From positions 8,122,001-8,186,000 of the forward strand of contig OZ176055.1 in the NCBI GenBank assembly GCA_964247055.1: a stretch of DNA of 64,000 nt, written 5' to 3'. The translations under genes were made by a program, and so were the position numbers. This document shows, piece after piece, positions 28,301 to 43,300 of the stretch; the stretch's first letter is position 1, and each line of letters begins with the position of its first letter. Source of the DNA: Paragordius varius. Taxonomy: Eukaryota; Animalia; Nematomorpha. The notes beneath the pieces are model-generated. The model was not told the origin of the DNA. It made no database searches and saw only the letters and a list, made by a program, of their open reading frames with translations.

Positions 28301-31300
28301 ATTTAATCACACAATCAAACGTATTCGAAAGGTGGCGGATTATTGCCTAGCAAAGTTGGTTGACAATTTCCCACATTTGCTTTGGAACCGGGTCGTTATT
28401 AAAACTATGTTGGACCTTTTACATTTGCTGTCGAAATCTTTATATATGGTATACTACCTTTTTTGATGGAAATTTGACTTAAAAAATGAAAAGTTTAAAT
28501 ATTTTTTTTCCCATGGCGTTGGGATCGAAAATTTTCATTGAAACTATGTAGGGCCTTTTGCGTTCATTGTTAAAATCATTATATATGGTATACTACCTTT
28601 TTTTGATGTAGGAATTACTTAAATGAAATGTTTAAATCATTTTTCGTTCAACATTGGCTTTGGAATCAAAAATTTTCATCGAAACTATGTTATTGTTTAA
28701 AATCTTTATAAAGTGACCACGAACCTATTGCATTTATGCTAAATTCTTTATGTATGTTATACGCCCTTTTTTTGCTTTCTATATATCTTTGGAGTTAAGT
28801 TTCTACACCCCCTTTTAACGGACTCATAAAGTTAAGCTCAATTTTTAAAGTAATAAGCAAAGTAATGTATATAAATACGACAATTCACCACGAAATAATT
28901 TATACGTTGATCTAGAAATTTAAGAATTTGATATTTATATAGTAATTTATGCTTTTTTGGTTATTTTATCATGCGGACAAAATACCGAGCCCTATTTTTG
29001 GATAAATATACCCAGTAGTCAAAGGTATTTTTTACAAAAATTATGAGTTTAACTGACATATATAATTTATACCATTTAAAATTCAAATTCACAATCTATT
29101 CTTTCGAATTCACCCTAAATATAAATTGTGTGTTTTCGGGCTAATATAACTCATCATCATTTATACGAAATTATCTTTATGAAATGGTTTATTATTTTTT
29201 CAATATTATTTTAATTTTATACAAAATTTCATTTTTCTTTAAAATATATGAAAATATAGCTAATTAGAATCTCTAAAACACATATTTTTTTTGAGGGGGG
29301 GGGGGTGGGATTAATTCTTAGCGGGTGAATTTTATAGATGTAAATATAATATTTTTTTGCAACCTTTAGAGTCCAGATGATAATATTGAAGAATTTTATT
29401 ATGTGCCTGAAACGACATACAAAATTAGATTTATGGACGATATTGAAGGACGTGAAAAAATACTTCAAGATTTTACAGATCGTTGTAGCAGTTAAGATTT
29501 TTCCCCTATCTATAAATATTATTTAATTTTTTATCGGATAATTATTAACTGGTATATATATATATATATATTATATATGTATATATATATTTAACTTTTT
29601 ACCGTTAAAAACTTAATTTTATTGCATAAGGATGATATTAAGTTGGCTTGCTCAATGAAGCTTTTATTAATAATTACAAAGCTGCCTATAAGATTTTTTC
29701 TGATTAAATCGACCTAAATTAGAAAAAAACTAGCAATTTCAGGTAAAGTCAACCATATTTTTTGAATAATTTTATACCTATAGAGATGCGAAACATGGTA
29801 TTGTGAGATATGGTTCCTCATATTAAAGAATCTATTAGTTTAAAATAACCGTATATTACTTTATGTAGACATTTTACATATTTAACTCGATTTTTTTCGA
29901 AAATTTCCTGAAATATCTAATACCTTTATAATTCAATTTCACTTGAAATTTTTTTTGTATTAATTCATATTTTTATTTAGTGTTTTCCTATAAAAATTAT
30001 TATACAAAATATACCATTTACAGTTTAAATTCACCCTTTAACAATTTAAATTACCCTCAAACAATTCATATTCACTTTAAAATAAGTTATCGGTCTTTTA
30101 AGATTAAAAATTACCTTTAATTTATAATATTTTAAAAAAATGCAATTCTGTCTAAAATTAATATAATGCTGAAAAAATAATAAACTATGTCGCAAAAATA
30201 TATGATGAGTTATGTTACCCACATAATTTATAAATTTTTCTAGGGTGAATTTAAATTGTTCAGGGTGAATTTGAATTTCTTTGAGGGTGAATTTGAATTG
30301 TTCAAGGGGGAATTTGAATTATAAACGGTATATATAAATAGGTATAATACAAGAAGCTTTACGCTGGGCCCCAGTTGCTACCAAATCATGCCTTAAAAAT
30401 TATGTTAATGAAACGAGCGCATCAATATCTTTTGAAGGTATATTTTATATTTTGATTTTGATATTTAATGTCATATATTTTCTTAATTATGTATATCCTA
30501 TATTTGCTTGTTCTAAAATACGAGTTACATTAAAGTTTTTTTAAAAAATTATTTTAAAATAAAATTTTTATCGTAATTTATTTCCACAATCTCTGTTTTT
30601 CCTTTTTAAAAAGCTTAAAAATCACCAACTTTATTTGATATATATATATTATAAACATCACTATAAATCTATGAAAATTTATGTGAATTTTTATATAACC
30701 ACTTTTCAATCCATAAATTATATGTTTGACATTAAAAAATATTTTATTATCTTTTATTTTTTGGGGATTTTAAGGTTGTGCTTTTGATTACCATCAACAT
30801 GCAGGTTTATCCCTGGCGTTAGAATCTATCTTAAAGCATTCCGGACTAAATGCAAATGTTAGCCAATTAATGGTACATTTTTTTACATTTAAGCTCAATC
30901 TATAATTTATTTTTACAGCAAAAATCAATATAATACAAGCGAAACATGAAAACTAAAGTTTTTACATAGACAACCCTATAAACCCTAATTTTTTTACATA
31001 TAACTTATGTGTTTAAGTTTATAAAATATATAATAATAGATTGAATTAATTTACATCTCTATTTTCTTATTTTGCCAAAAAAATGAGGGTTAATTGGTTG
31101 TCTTTTTTAAAAAAATAATCTCTGTGTTTTAGTTTTTACCCTATGTCTCTATATTTCCAATTTGTACTGCAAATATTTTGTATTGCTCAGGGTAACTATT
31201 TTGATCGTTGGCCAAGTTGTGTTAAATTTGATACCTCGAAATTTTTGTCCGAAATCAATTTGCAAATACGTTTCCAAGGCGAAATTGAAGGATTAAAGGT

Positions 31301-34300
31301 AAGTATTTCTTTTTGTTTAACAAAATATTTTTTATCAATAGCAAAACCTTCTTATAATCAACCTTTTTTTAATTACGGTTGTTGCTTATTTCACATTATA
31401 GTAGGACAATTTGCAACACAGTAATGTATGGAAAAAACAACAAAATGGTGAATAAACAATTTATTCCATTCTTTTTTTCCATACACTCATGTGTTGCAAA
31501 TCGCCCTACTATAGTTTGAAATAAGTAACAACTATTAAAATGCATACTGAAAACACGCTTATAAATTAATTAAATAATGCTGTTTTTACGATTTTAAATA
31601 GGCTCCCAATATTAAGGATTGAAAGTTACCTACCTATCTATAAAAAATAAGAATTGTATATTAATTTTATATATTTTTTCTAAATTTTGAAAATGGATAC
31701 CATATTTCAATCAATATATTTATTTAATTTTTTTCGAAAAATTCATTTATTTTTTGGCATAGAAGGTCATGATACAAAAAATGAGCCATGTATTTTTTTT
31801 GACCTGGCGTTTACTGTTTATTGTAATAATCAGTTAATCTATAAATATATCTTAACAGAAATGAAATTTAAAACGTAGAAATATTTATTAAATTGAATGG
31901 TATTGCCTAAAATCTAATGGTATGCGTTAAATATAATATTAAAAGTAAATTTTTACCCAACTCTTTACAGGGTTACCTATAATATCTATGGTAATATCAC
32001 AAATTTTAAATCTAAAAATTAACTTTTTTACACCAATATTCATATAATAGGGTTACCTGAAGTTTGAACTATAATAGCAAATTATAAACTATTTTTTCAC
32101 GTCAATCTTCATTTAAGTAGCTTTACACAAAATGAGATTAAAAAAGTAATTTTCATATTTTTATATAGTGTTTAAATTAATATTTTTACGTGAAATGAAT
32201 TTTCATTAAAAAATTAATAGTTTTATTTTTACGTAAAATGAATTTTTTTCCAAAAAAATTAAAATTTTAGGCCGCTTATAAAGAGAAAGGGCTCAGCGAA
32301 ACACAGTTATCTCAATCACTCGTTCAAAAATTGGAATCAATCAGCACTAATCATATAAGCAATGAAATTTATCGTGATACCTATTTAAAGGCCACAGCTA
32401 TGATAATTTTTGCTACTGGTATACCTTGAGATTCTCTTGCAAAACACTAAAAATATATACTTGAAAATTAGTATTTCAATTGAAATTATAAATTAAAATT
32501 AGAATATCAATATTTTAAAAACATTAAGGCAACTTTTTTTTCAAAAGTGAAAATTAGTATTTCAATTGAAAATTTTATAAATTATAAGAGAAATCTTAAA
32601 AACATTAAGGCAACTTTTTTTTCAAGACAATTAAACTTTTTTAAATCTTGATTTTTCTTATAAAAATTTTATAATTACACATGTAAAATATATAATTGAT
32701 TATGTTAATTTTACTACACATTATTACATACTTGGCAGTTTAAAACAATGAATATTTAAAAAAAATTGATTTGTCCTTATGTTTTTTTACGTTTTATCTA
32801 TATAATTTAACTTTTTTATCGTGACACACACTTGTATTTTTCGCATAAAGAAAACGATGATTGTACTATTTTAGAGTTAGATGAAGATCTTTTACACCAA
32901 ATAGCATGGGCCTATTTGAATCGATTTAACATTACAACCATGGAAACGGTGGTTGAATGTTGGGAATGGTTATTAACATCTCGACCAGATTTGGAATTGA
33001 AAGTAGTCAAATTTTTTGTTTAAGAATAGTTTGAATCAATTTTATTAAAAATTAATTGTCTATACATTAGTTTTATTATATTTATGTAAATGTTTTTTTA
33101 ATATTGTTAGAATTTTTATAATAATTTTTTTATTAAAAATATTATAATACTCAATAAAGTTTTTACAATCTGATAACTCTTAATTTAAAATACCATCTCC
33201 TTTAAACATTTCATAAAACCTCAGTTCCAATATATATATACCATTTGCAATCAAGAGTGTCCTTGAACACTTCAAGTTGGTCCTTGAACAGTTCAAGTTG
33301 GTCCTTGAACATTTCAAGTTGGTCCTTGAACACTTGAAGTTGGTCCTTTGTTTTTTTTGTTTTGTTTTTAACTTTTACCTTGATCTATTTTATTGTTTTT
33401 AACCTATTTTCTATTATTTATCATAAAATCGATAACAACGTTAAATCTTTGAGTAACCGTATATCTTTATTAATTTCTTAAAATTTTGTATATTTATAAT
33501 ATTTTCATACGAAATGAAAAAATATATAAGTTTTCTGGGTTATTAATTACAAAAAACATTTAAAAGTTAATAATTTTATTCTGAAAAAAAAAGTTTGAAA
33601 CAAAAAAGTGGTTTTTCAATAAAAATGTTTTGTTCTAAATGAATAAATATATAATAAATAAAGAAAATTAGGTTAATTAATAAAAAAATAAATGCAAAAA
33701 TTATGGTTATATCAAAATTTAAAAATTATAATGACCAACTTGAAGCGTTCAGGACCATGAAATGTTTAAGGACCAACTTGAAGTGTTCAGGGACCAACTT
33801 GAAGTGCTCAAGGACCAAATTGAACTGTTCAAGGACCAATTTGTTCAAGGACACTCTTGAAGTGCAAATGGTATATACAATTTTTTGTTTAATATTTTAT
33901 ATTTTACTTTAGTTTTTACGTGAAATGTTTACCGCATGGGACTATTCAATGCAAAATAAAATGGGTATTTTTGAAGAGATTGATACAAGCTCAGCTAAAC
34001 AATCTACACCCCTGGCTTTGCGTGAAGGTATTCCGCTAAAACCCACGCAAATTAATATGGCACCCCATTTGATTTGGATTAAAGTTTTAATTTGAACAAT
34101 AATTTTATTATAAATTAACAATTTTTTTCGTTAGAACTGACTTTTTCAAATTAAAATGAAAGATAAATATGAAAAGAAATAATAAGCTTTAAGTAAACAG
34201 CGCCTTAATTGCGTACGGTTTTTGTGTTAGTTAAGAGATCTATTCTTAAAATATTTCGATTTTATTTTTCATTGATAATGAGCTAAAACAATAAAAAATT

Positions 34301-37300
34301 AAAATTTCATTTTTTCAATTTTAATATACATTAACCATATATATTAATGATAAAATTAAGGCGAAAAGGTATTTAATTACACTTTTTATTTTAAGATTTC
34401 AGCTTAATATTTTCCCAACCCACAATCAGCTTATTATAAGGAAGGGCTGGACGATATACACTGTAATATCAATATTTTTCTATATATGATAGTTTATATA
34501 CCAAAGGATTGAGGTAGCGAAATACAGTAATGATGATACCATTGAACTGTTTGCCCATTTCCTTAATTCGACTTTGTGTGACAGTACAGCGGTCGGAGCT
34601 CCTAAACCAATTATGTCTCGACACATTTCAACCATAAATTGTAGGTGAGTAAATAAATTGAAATATCCTATATATTTTGGTATAAAATGGAAATAGATTT
34701 AAGACCTTAAATTTTTTAGTAAAATATAATTGCATACGAAATTTAATAAACTTTGGAGCTTTTTCGGTATTTATTATGCAATGAAATCGTTGATAGAAAA
34801 TATATATAAAATTTTATAGTCAAAATATTTTGTTTTGTAATAGCATAAGTTTTTTGAAGATACCGTAATAATATTTTCTGACAAATTTCCTCCTTATAAG
34901 ATATATTTTACGAAAATCGAAATATATTTATTTATATAAAAAACAATATGGGTAAAAGAATTATGTTACGTGGTTTTTATAAAAATATTTCGTTTTTCTT
35001 TATACGATAAGATTTCGCTTACTTATAAATGCTTTTTCCCTCCTTCAAATGGATGATATAAGCAACAATATTTCCTCCTTGGTAACTCTGGAAGATAGCT
35101 TGAATGCAACGAATGATTTAGCGAATGTCCAACAATTATTAACACAATACCCAAATATGTCACAATCTGGTTTTAATTTTCTTTTTCTTTTTTTTTCGAT
35201 TAAAAAGATGGAATTTTGTATTGGTTGAATTTCAAATGTTTTTAATAAGATAGACATAATTTTGGATATAATTGATTGATATTTATGTTTAAAATTTGAC
35301 CGTTTGCCAATGTTTAATTTTAGTTTTATATGCAAAAGACATGCTTAAAAACAAAAAATTAACTGGTAAATTTTGAATTAAGATGCGTCTAAAAGACAAA
35401 TAATTGTATTAAATAATTTGAATTTTTACATTTTAAACAATAGCTCATGGTCGAAATTTTTTATTTAAAAATAATTTAAATAAATTTTTTATATACTTTA
35501 GGGAATATCTCTTCTTTACCCAAAATAACTTCAACATCCGATCAAGAAAAGATTTTTGCCGAGAACGGTCCTAATAAAACAACCAATGTACCAGATTCGA
35601 AATTAGTAAACGTCTTTTTACATATTACATTCATTTGCAGTAAAAGACAAATCTTTAAAATTAGAAATGACTAATATTTTTAAGGCAGCTATAGTTTTTC
35701 AATCTTGTTTTTTTTTCTATAAAAACTTAGGATTACAATTACGAAATATGTAATTAAGTGTGTTAGCAAATTACATATCTCTTACTTAATTTACAATCCA
35801 AAACTATAGGTTTTTCTAAAAAATTATGGCTTAAAAAATATAGTTGCTTTTTTAGATACTTATTTGTCTTTTAACTTTTAAATTTTATCTTTATAGTATT
35901 TTTTGCTAAAATTTTCTAAAAATTATTTTGTATATTTTTATAGCTTTCATCAGTTAATAATATGAAAAGCCTGTACGATCCAAATTCCACCAAACTCCTT
36001 TTGTTGGAAGATATGTATCCTGTCATAAAAAAGTTAGTTAATTAGTATTCTTTAAATATAAATTTTTTAGGTTATTTTATTAATTACAGTAAACATGAAA
36101 ACTTTATTATAAACAAAAAATATTAGATTAATATTTTTTTATACATAAAACCATATTTTTTGTCCTTATTTTTAATTGTCAAACACAAATGTAATAATCT
36201 TATCTTTATTTCCTATTTTCATTCCGAAAACGAGAGGTATTATAAATATAAATACGGAGCTTTTTTAAAAAAATATTTATTTTGCTTTTTATTTCGAAAA
36301 TATTATTTTATAATTTTATTTATACTGTTTACTCTTTATAAATATTATATTTTATTATAAATATATAATAGATATGCCATCAATATACGTTTTGTTAAAC
36401 GAATCTCATCAAAAAACTTGAATATAGTTGTGTTACGTGATAGAGTATACTCTATGGCTTTTGATTATTTCTGGTAATTTTTTTTAGTTTTAAAAATTTA
36501 AGAATATTGCGAATTTATATAATTTTGAAAAGTTAAGTTTGTTCATTGCAGTATATTTATTTTATAAAAATATAATTTTTTCTTCCCTATATAAATTTTT
36601 TTTATTCTATGTTCAAAATTTTTTTTATGATTCGTATTTAATATACCATTTACAGTTTAAATTTACCCTTGAGCAAATTAAATTTACCCTAAAATAAATT
36701 TTGTATTTTTTAAGATTATCTTAATTTTACAATATTTTAAAATATGAAATTCTGTTTAAAATTAATATAATGCTGAAAAAACATTAAACTATGTCGTAAA
36801 AATTTATTTCATATTAATGATGAGTTATATTATCCCGAAAACACATAATTTATTTTTAGGGTCAACTTGAATTGTTCAAGGGTGAATTTGAATTGTTCGA
36901 GGGTGAATTTAAATTGTTCAAGGGTGCATTTGAATTGTTCAAGGTTGGATTTGAATTGTTCAAGGGTGAATTTTAATTGTAACTATTATGCAATATCTAT
37001 AGTACACCTCCCCAGTGTCCCTCACAAAGTTCGGCATATTTGAAAGATGATGCGCTCGTTTTACTTAAATTTTGGCAAAATGTTGCGGTTGAAAAACGTT
37101 TCCTGAGGAATTTGATTTCTTTGAAACTGAAAGGTGGTATATCACATATATTTTGCTTCAAGACTTTTTTTAACTTAAAAAATTTTTTTAGGTTTGTGCG
37201 TTATTTTTTAATCGTAATATATTTTTAGAAAATTATAATTTTTTATACATTGTTATTTTAACGATGATACTACTAAACCATTTATATATTTTTACCGATA

Positions 37301-37313
37301 ATGGCACTTTCTT

Positions 37314-37371
<58 letters not shown>

Positions 37372-40300
37372 AAAAAAATATCTAATTTTTTTCTTTTAGA
37401 TCGATTCGATATATGTATGGAGCAGATTAGCAATGAAAATAATGTATGTTTCAACAATTTACCGTTTTTTAAATGTTTTTTTTCTATTTTTATATAAATA
37501 TATAGAGTATGGCAAAATATAAAAATAGTAACAGTAATAACAATAATGCAAGCAAAACGGCGGGAGAATCTGATTTAGCCAAAGAATTTATGCAAAAACG
37601 AAATCTGTTACTAACATTTTTGGTAAATATATACATATATATATATATATATATATTAGAAAGTTATTAATTATTTCCAAATAGTAGCAAATACAACAAA
37701 GGGCAGTATTATTGGCTAATAATATAGTAAAAAGTGAAAAAAACCAAAAGTCAATAATACTGCCCCCTTTTTGTATTTACTATTATTTGACAATAATAAA
37801 TAACTTTCTAGCAATGTATATACTTACTCATACTGTATATATTTTTTTTTTAAACATCAGGGTTTTTTCACAATATGTTAATAGGTATAATATATACAGT
37901 ATGCATTTTAATGGTTGCTTATTTCACACTATAGTAGGGCAATTTGCAACACAGGAAAGTATGAAGAAATAGGAAAGGAAATAATTGTTTTTTTAAAATT
38001 TTTTGTTTTTTCCATACACTACTGTGCTGCCAATTGTGAATTAAGCAACCATAATGCATACTCTATTTTACCAATCTTAATATTAATTTACTATTCTATT
38101 ATACACAAAAGTTGTTTTTAAAAAAACAGTGATGAAACAAATTAAGAATATTTTGCTTTATATTTCAATAAATGACTTCATTTACCGAAATGATATATAA
38201 ATTTAAGTATATCTAATAATATAATCTATTTTATTGGTAAATGTTTCATCCTTTCCGAAAAATAAAATAATTTTGTATTATTATTACTTATTCATATTAT
38301 TTCAGAAATAAAAATCAACTTTTGATTTTTTTGTTACATTCCAAAGGCAAATGAAATTGAAAGACTCATAGTTTGGCTTAATCCATTGAGTGAACCAAAT
38401 AAAATTTTGCCGAATGAAGATGCCATAGCACCCTGGAAAATTCAAAGTATCTCTGAGAAAACGTGGAGGGAAATGGCTCGTTTAGCTTGGACAATAAGCC
38501 CATCCCTGGCTGTTTACATGCCCCTACGGTAATTTTGGTGCTCTAGAAAAAATTAAATTTTTTTTATAAAATTAAATTATTTGGATTGTTTTAATGATGA
38601 TGAATTTAGCTTTGCTTTGGTTGCATTAATAATGAAAAAGAATGTAATTTTTTTTGTATTAAGTTTATTGGAAAAATTAACCGTTTTATTGGACATTAAG
38701 ATATCAACACTTACTTATATCAAAGCTCAGTATAGTTTTTAAATTAAAAATATAGCATTTGGATGAAAAAAAATTATAAATGTTTTTTTTTAATTTACGT
38801 CACTTTTTATACAAAATTACTCTGAAAATTGACAAAATCTTAGAACAAGACAAATGATTTTTTTATAACCAGCCATATTTTAATATTGTTATCAATTATA
38901 ACTATTTTATGCATCCTAAAACGATAGGGTAATTTTAAAAAATATGGGTTGTTGATGTTTTTTAAAAAAAAATATTTACCCTTTAATTTTACGTTTTATC
39001 TCTTGAATTTCAACAAATTACAACTTTTGTACCATTATTATCATAACAAAAATTTCATTTCGATAACCATTTTCTATTTTTTATCCAAAAAAATTTATTA
39101 ACTTACAGTCATGTATGTTTAGAATTGTCAGATATACGTTTTTAATTGATTTTACTTTGTTTTTAATTGTTTACAATAAATAAGCTATTATTATTTTAAT
39201 GCTTAAAAATGCGCATGTTGAAAGTTGACATATCAAACATTAAAACAATTAAAAACAAATTATAATCATTTAAAAACGAATTTCTGTCAATTCTACATAT
39301 ACATGACTGTACTTACTCGCTTATATATTCGCACACACAGATTTACATCATCGCAAGCCTTGAAAGATGAGGTAGGTAAATTGGTAGTTGCTCATAGTCA
39401 TAATGTTAGTCACATACCTGAAGCCCTAAGCTTACTTATAACACCAACTCGGGTCCAAACGGATGCCCGTGAAATATCTGCCATCTATAGTTGGGATGCA
39501 TCGACCATTCCTCCTACGGTAGCTCTAACGTTTTTATGTACGCGAATTTTCCCATACCATCCGCTCGTCGTACAATTTGCCATAAAAATATTGGAATCAT
39601 ATCCCCCGGTGAGTGTGATGTTTGATTTTGATATTTAAAGATTTTTTTTCAAGATTTGATGAAAATTTATCAGTTTTTATGAGAATTTGGTTAAATTTGG
39701 CATATAATAAAATTATATAAACGCTTCGACCATTCCTCCTACGGTAGCTCTAACGTTTTTGTGTACCCGAATTTTCCCGTACCATCCGCTCGTCGTGCAA
39801 TTTGCCATAAAAATATTGGAATCATATCCTCCGGTGAGTGTGTTTCGTAAATTATAATCTTGAAAAAAATTTGAGATTTGATGTTTTTCATAAGGTATTT
39901 ACAGTTTTTTGGTAATAGTTTTGGTGAAATTTGTGCATATAATAAAATTATATGAACGCTTCTATCATTCCTCCTACGGTAGCTTTAACGTTTTTATGTA
40001 CGCGAATATTCCCATACCATCCGTTAGTTGTACAATTTGCCATAAAAATATTGGAATCATATCCTCCGGTGAGCCTTGTTTGATTTTGATATTTAAAGAT
40101 TTTTTTGAAAAATTTGACGTTTTTATGAGAATTTTAAGGTTTTTTGGAATGAAAATTTTGGGGAATTGAATTTGGAATAGGGTTTAATTATATGAACGCT
40201 TCTATCATTCCTCCTACGGTAGCTTTAACGTTTTTGTGTACGCGAATTTTCCCGTACCATCCTTTGGTTGTACAATTTGCCATAAAAATATTGGAATCAT

Positions 40301-43300
40301 ATCCTCCGGTTAGTGTGTTTGGTAAACTATATAATTTTGAAAAAATCTGAGAATTTCAAGGGTTTTTCATGAGGTATTTGCAATTTTTTGGCAATAGTTT
40401 TGGTTAAATTTGGCATATGGTAAAATTATATGAACGCTTCTACCATTCCTCCTACGGTAGCTCTAACGTTTTTATGTACGCGAATTTTCCCATACCATCC
40501 GCTTGTCGTACAATTTGCCATAAAAATATTGGAATCATATCCTCCGGTGAGTGTGTTTCGTAAATTTTAATCTTGAAAAAAATTTGAAATTTGATGTTTT
40601 TCATGAGGTATTTGCAGTTTTTTGGCTATAGTTTTGGTTAAATTTGGTATATAATAAAATTATATAAACGCTTCTATCATTTCTCCTACGGTAGCTTTAA
40701 CGTTTTTATGTACGCGAATATTCCCATACCATCCGCTGGTCGTACAATTTGCCATAAAAATATTGGAATCATATCCTCTGGTGAGCGTGATGTTTGATAA
40801 TTAAAGATTTTTATGAAAATTTTGACTTTTTATGAGAATTTTAAGGGTTTTTAGAATAATAGTTTTGGTGAATTAAATTTGGAATAGGGTATAATAATGT
40901 TTTCATGTACTTTTTTACCATACCCACTAGTTTTACAATTTAATAAAAATTTTGGAATCTCATCCCCCAGTAATTATGTTAAATTTTATAGAATATTTAT
41001 GAGGTTTTATTTGAGTTTTTGATATTTTAATGAGGTTATTAAAGGTTTTTAGGATTATTTGTTTTGGTAAATTAAATTGATTATTATGAATGATTCAACC
41101 ATCCCTCTACTGTAACCTTACGTTTTTATGTACTCCAATTTTCCCATATCATTCGCGTTGTACAATCTTCTATAAAAAATTGGAATCTTACCCACCAGTA
41201 AGTGTTTTTGGTAAACTATACTATTAAAATTTTTGAGGTTTGATGTTTTGATTAGCATTGGGGGGAGGGGTATTTTTATGGTTTTGATAAATTAACATTG
41301 GAGTAAACTTTAATTATATGGATGCTTCTATCATTCCCCCTATCGTAGCTTTAACGTTTTTTATGTACGCGAATTTTCCCATATCATCCACTGATCGTAC
41401 AATTTGCCATAAAAATATAGAAATCATATTCCCCGATATGTAAGTTTAATGAATTTTAAATAAGATTTATGAGAGGTTTGATGGTTTTAATATAAAGTGT
41501 AAAATTAGGTGTGTCACCAATTTTGTTTTATATTCATTTTTTCGAAACTGAGATGATAGGGTATAGTTAAAATGGTTTTTATTTTAAAATATATATTTAT
41601 TAAGAACATATTTTAAATAGTTTTTAATTTATATAACGTGTTGGGTTATGAAATAAGTAATAGTAACGTGCTCAATACTTTACAATCGTAATCCTTTAAG
41701 TATAATAGAAAAAAGGAAACATTTTAAAATTTTCCCATCTATATATGAATATATCGATATTAGGAGGTTTTAATCTTTTACATCCCGCAATTGGTACAAG
41801 CTGTGCGCTATGATTCAATCGGTTATGTTAGCCAATTTTTGGTTGCCATGGGGATAAAATCTCAATTACAAGCACATCAGCTGATTTGGAACATGAAAAC
41901 TAACCAGTACATGGATGAGGAAGGCAAAATTAAAGATGGTATAACTTATATACTATTTTAGTTTTTTACATTGATAAAAGAATGTTTTTTTAAATTTTAA
42001 CAAGTTAACAGGTTAAATATAAAATTATAAGGCTTAACTTATATTTTTAAAAATAATGAAATTTATGTACATTTAAATTCTGTTTGATCAGGTAAAAATA
42101 TTTGACTATTTCCATGCGTACATCTTTTCCATCATAAAATATTTAATTTAACCATATACAAGCATATTTTAAATCTTATATTGTCCATTTATGTAGAAGC
42201 CCTTTACGATAAACTTGAAATGATTATGGCACAAATGACGAATCATTTTTCACCCGAAGCTCGGGCTTTTTACAATCGTGAATTCAATTTTTTTAAACAA
42301 GTATATTTCTACTTTTCAGTTCAAAATAAATTTCATTTTTGATTAACAGTATTCTAATATAATGATAAAATGGTTTATATGTTAAATTTAATCTTTATTA
42401 TAGTTTACGTTTATATGGAATAAAAAATTATTTCTATTTTAGATTTTTTTAAGGTTTATATTTTAACTGCATCGTTTGTAACCATCAAAAAATTAAAATT
42501 TCATTGTTTTGGTTAAGTTTTCTCGTACCCTAAACGAGCATTTTATTACTTAAAATAAGGTTTTTTAATAAATTACGATTATATTATTTGGTATTTCTTT
42601 TATAACTAATTTAATATAATTATTTTAAAGTTTTGTTTAAATATTGTAGATCACGAATGTAAGTGCAATCATAAGACCTTACCCCAAAGGGAAAGCTAGA
42701 AAAGAGGCTTGTTTAAAAGCGCTCAAGAAAATAAAAACTAAAGCTGGTTGTTATTTACCCTCAAATCCGGAAGCCTATATAATAGATATTGATTATGCAT
42801 CGGCTAATCCTATGCAGAGGTATACCAGGAAATATATTTAATTAATTACTTTTGATATATGTCTAATAGACATATAGAAATATAAATATTTATTATTTCC
42901 TCATGATATTGGCAAAATTGGAGTTGTATTTTTTATAAATAATATTGAATGAAAATTATATATATAAATTTTAATATTTTACCCGTCACCACAAGTATAT
43001 CCAGCTTTTATGCGCTATGCAAAAATATTTTAGTGATATTGATTTTATACTAACATGTAATTGATCACTTCTCCCTTAGATAAATTCGATTGTGGAAATA
43101 ATATTTCCTCGTTATGACCTACTTTTTTGTTGAGAAAACAAATTTATTTTAAAGTGTATCAACATCCGTTTTTTTCAATAATATTAAAAATATTAATAAA
43201 CTCAAAAATTTATTAAATTTTATTTTTACTCACTTTTGACTCATTATAAGGGCTCAAAATAGCCACAAGGTTTTTTTAACCTAAAAAACAGGTCCTACAG

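Noticed and set aside
29293-29308. G-runs (also ~44988-45006) as G-quadruplex elements
   Set aside because: These are single homopolymer-like runs with no repeated pattern or positional logic.
32463-32625. ~85-bp tandem duplication in a PI4KA intron
   Set aside because: It is purely intronic AT-rich sequence with no splice site or coding content.
33703-33912. ORF with repeated TNLKCS units
   Set aside because: It is a translation of the 21-bp subterminal repeats of MITE A2.
37233-37497. ORFs with IYIYIY runs on both strands; (TA)n tracts here and at ~16157-16195
   Set aside because: These are plain TA microsatellites, although 37400-37443 is a true PI4KA exon.
39498-41445. CRISPR-like reading of the conserved-unit/variable-spacer array, and an AT-AC (U12) acceptor at AAC|GCT in each copy
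   Set aside because: The units are 111-nt eukaryotic exon copies with homologous spacers and there are no cas genes. An AT-AC splice would delete conserved ISAIYSWD, and there is no proper ATATCCT donor.
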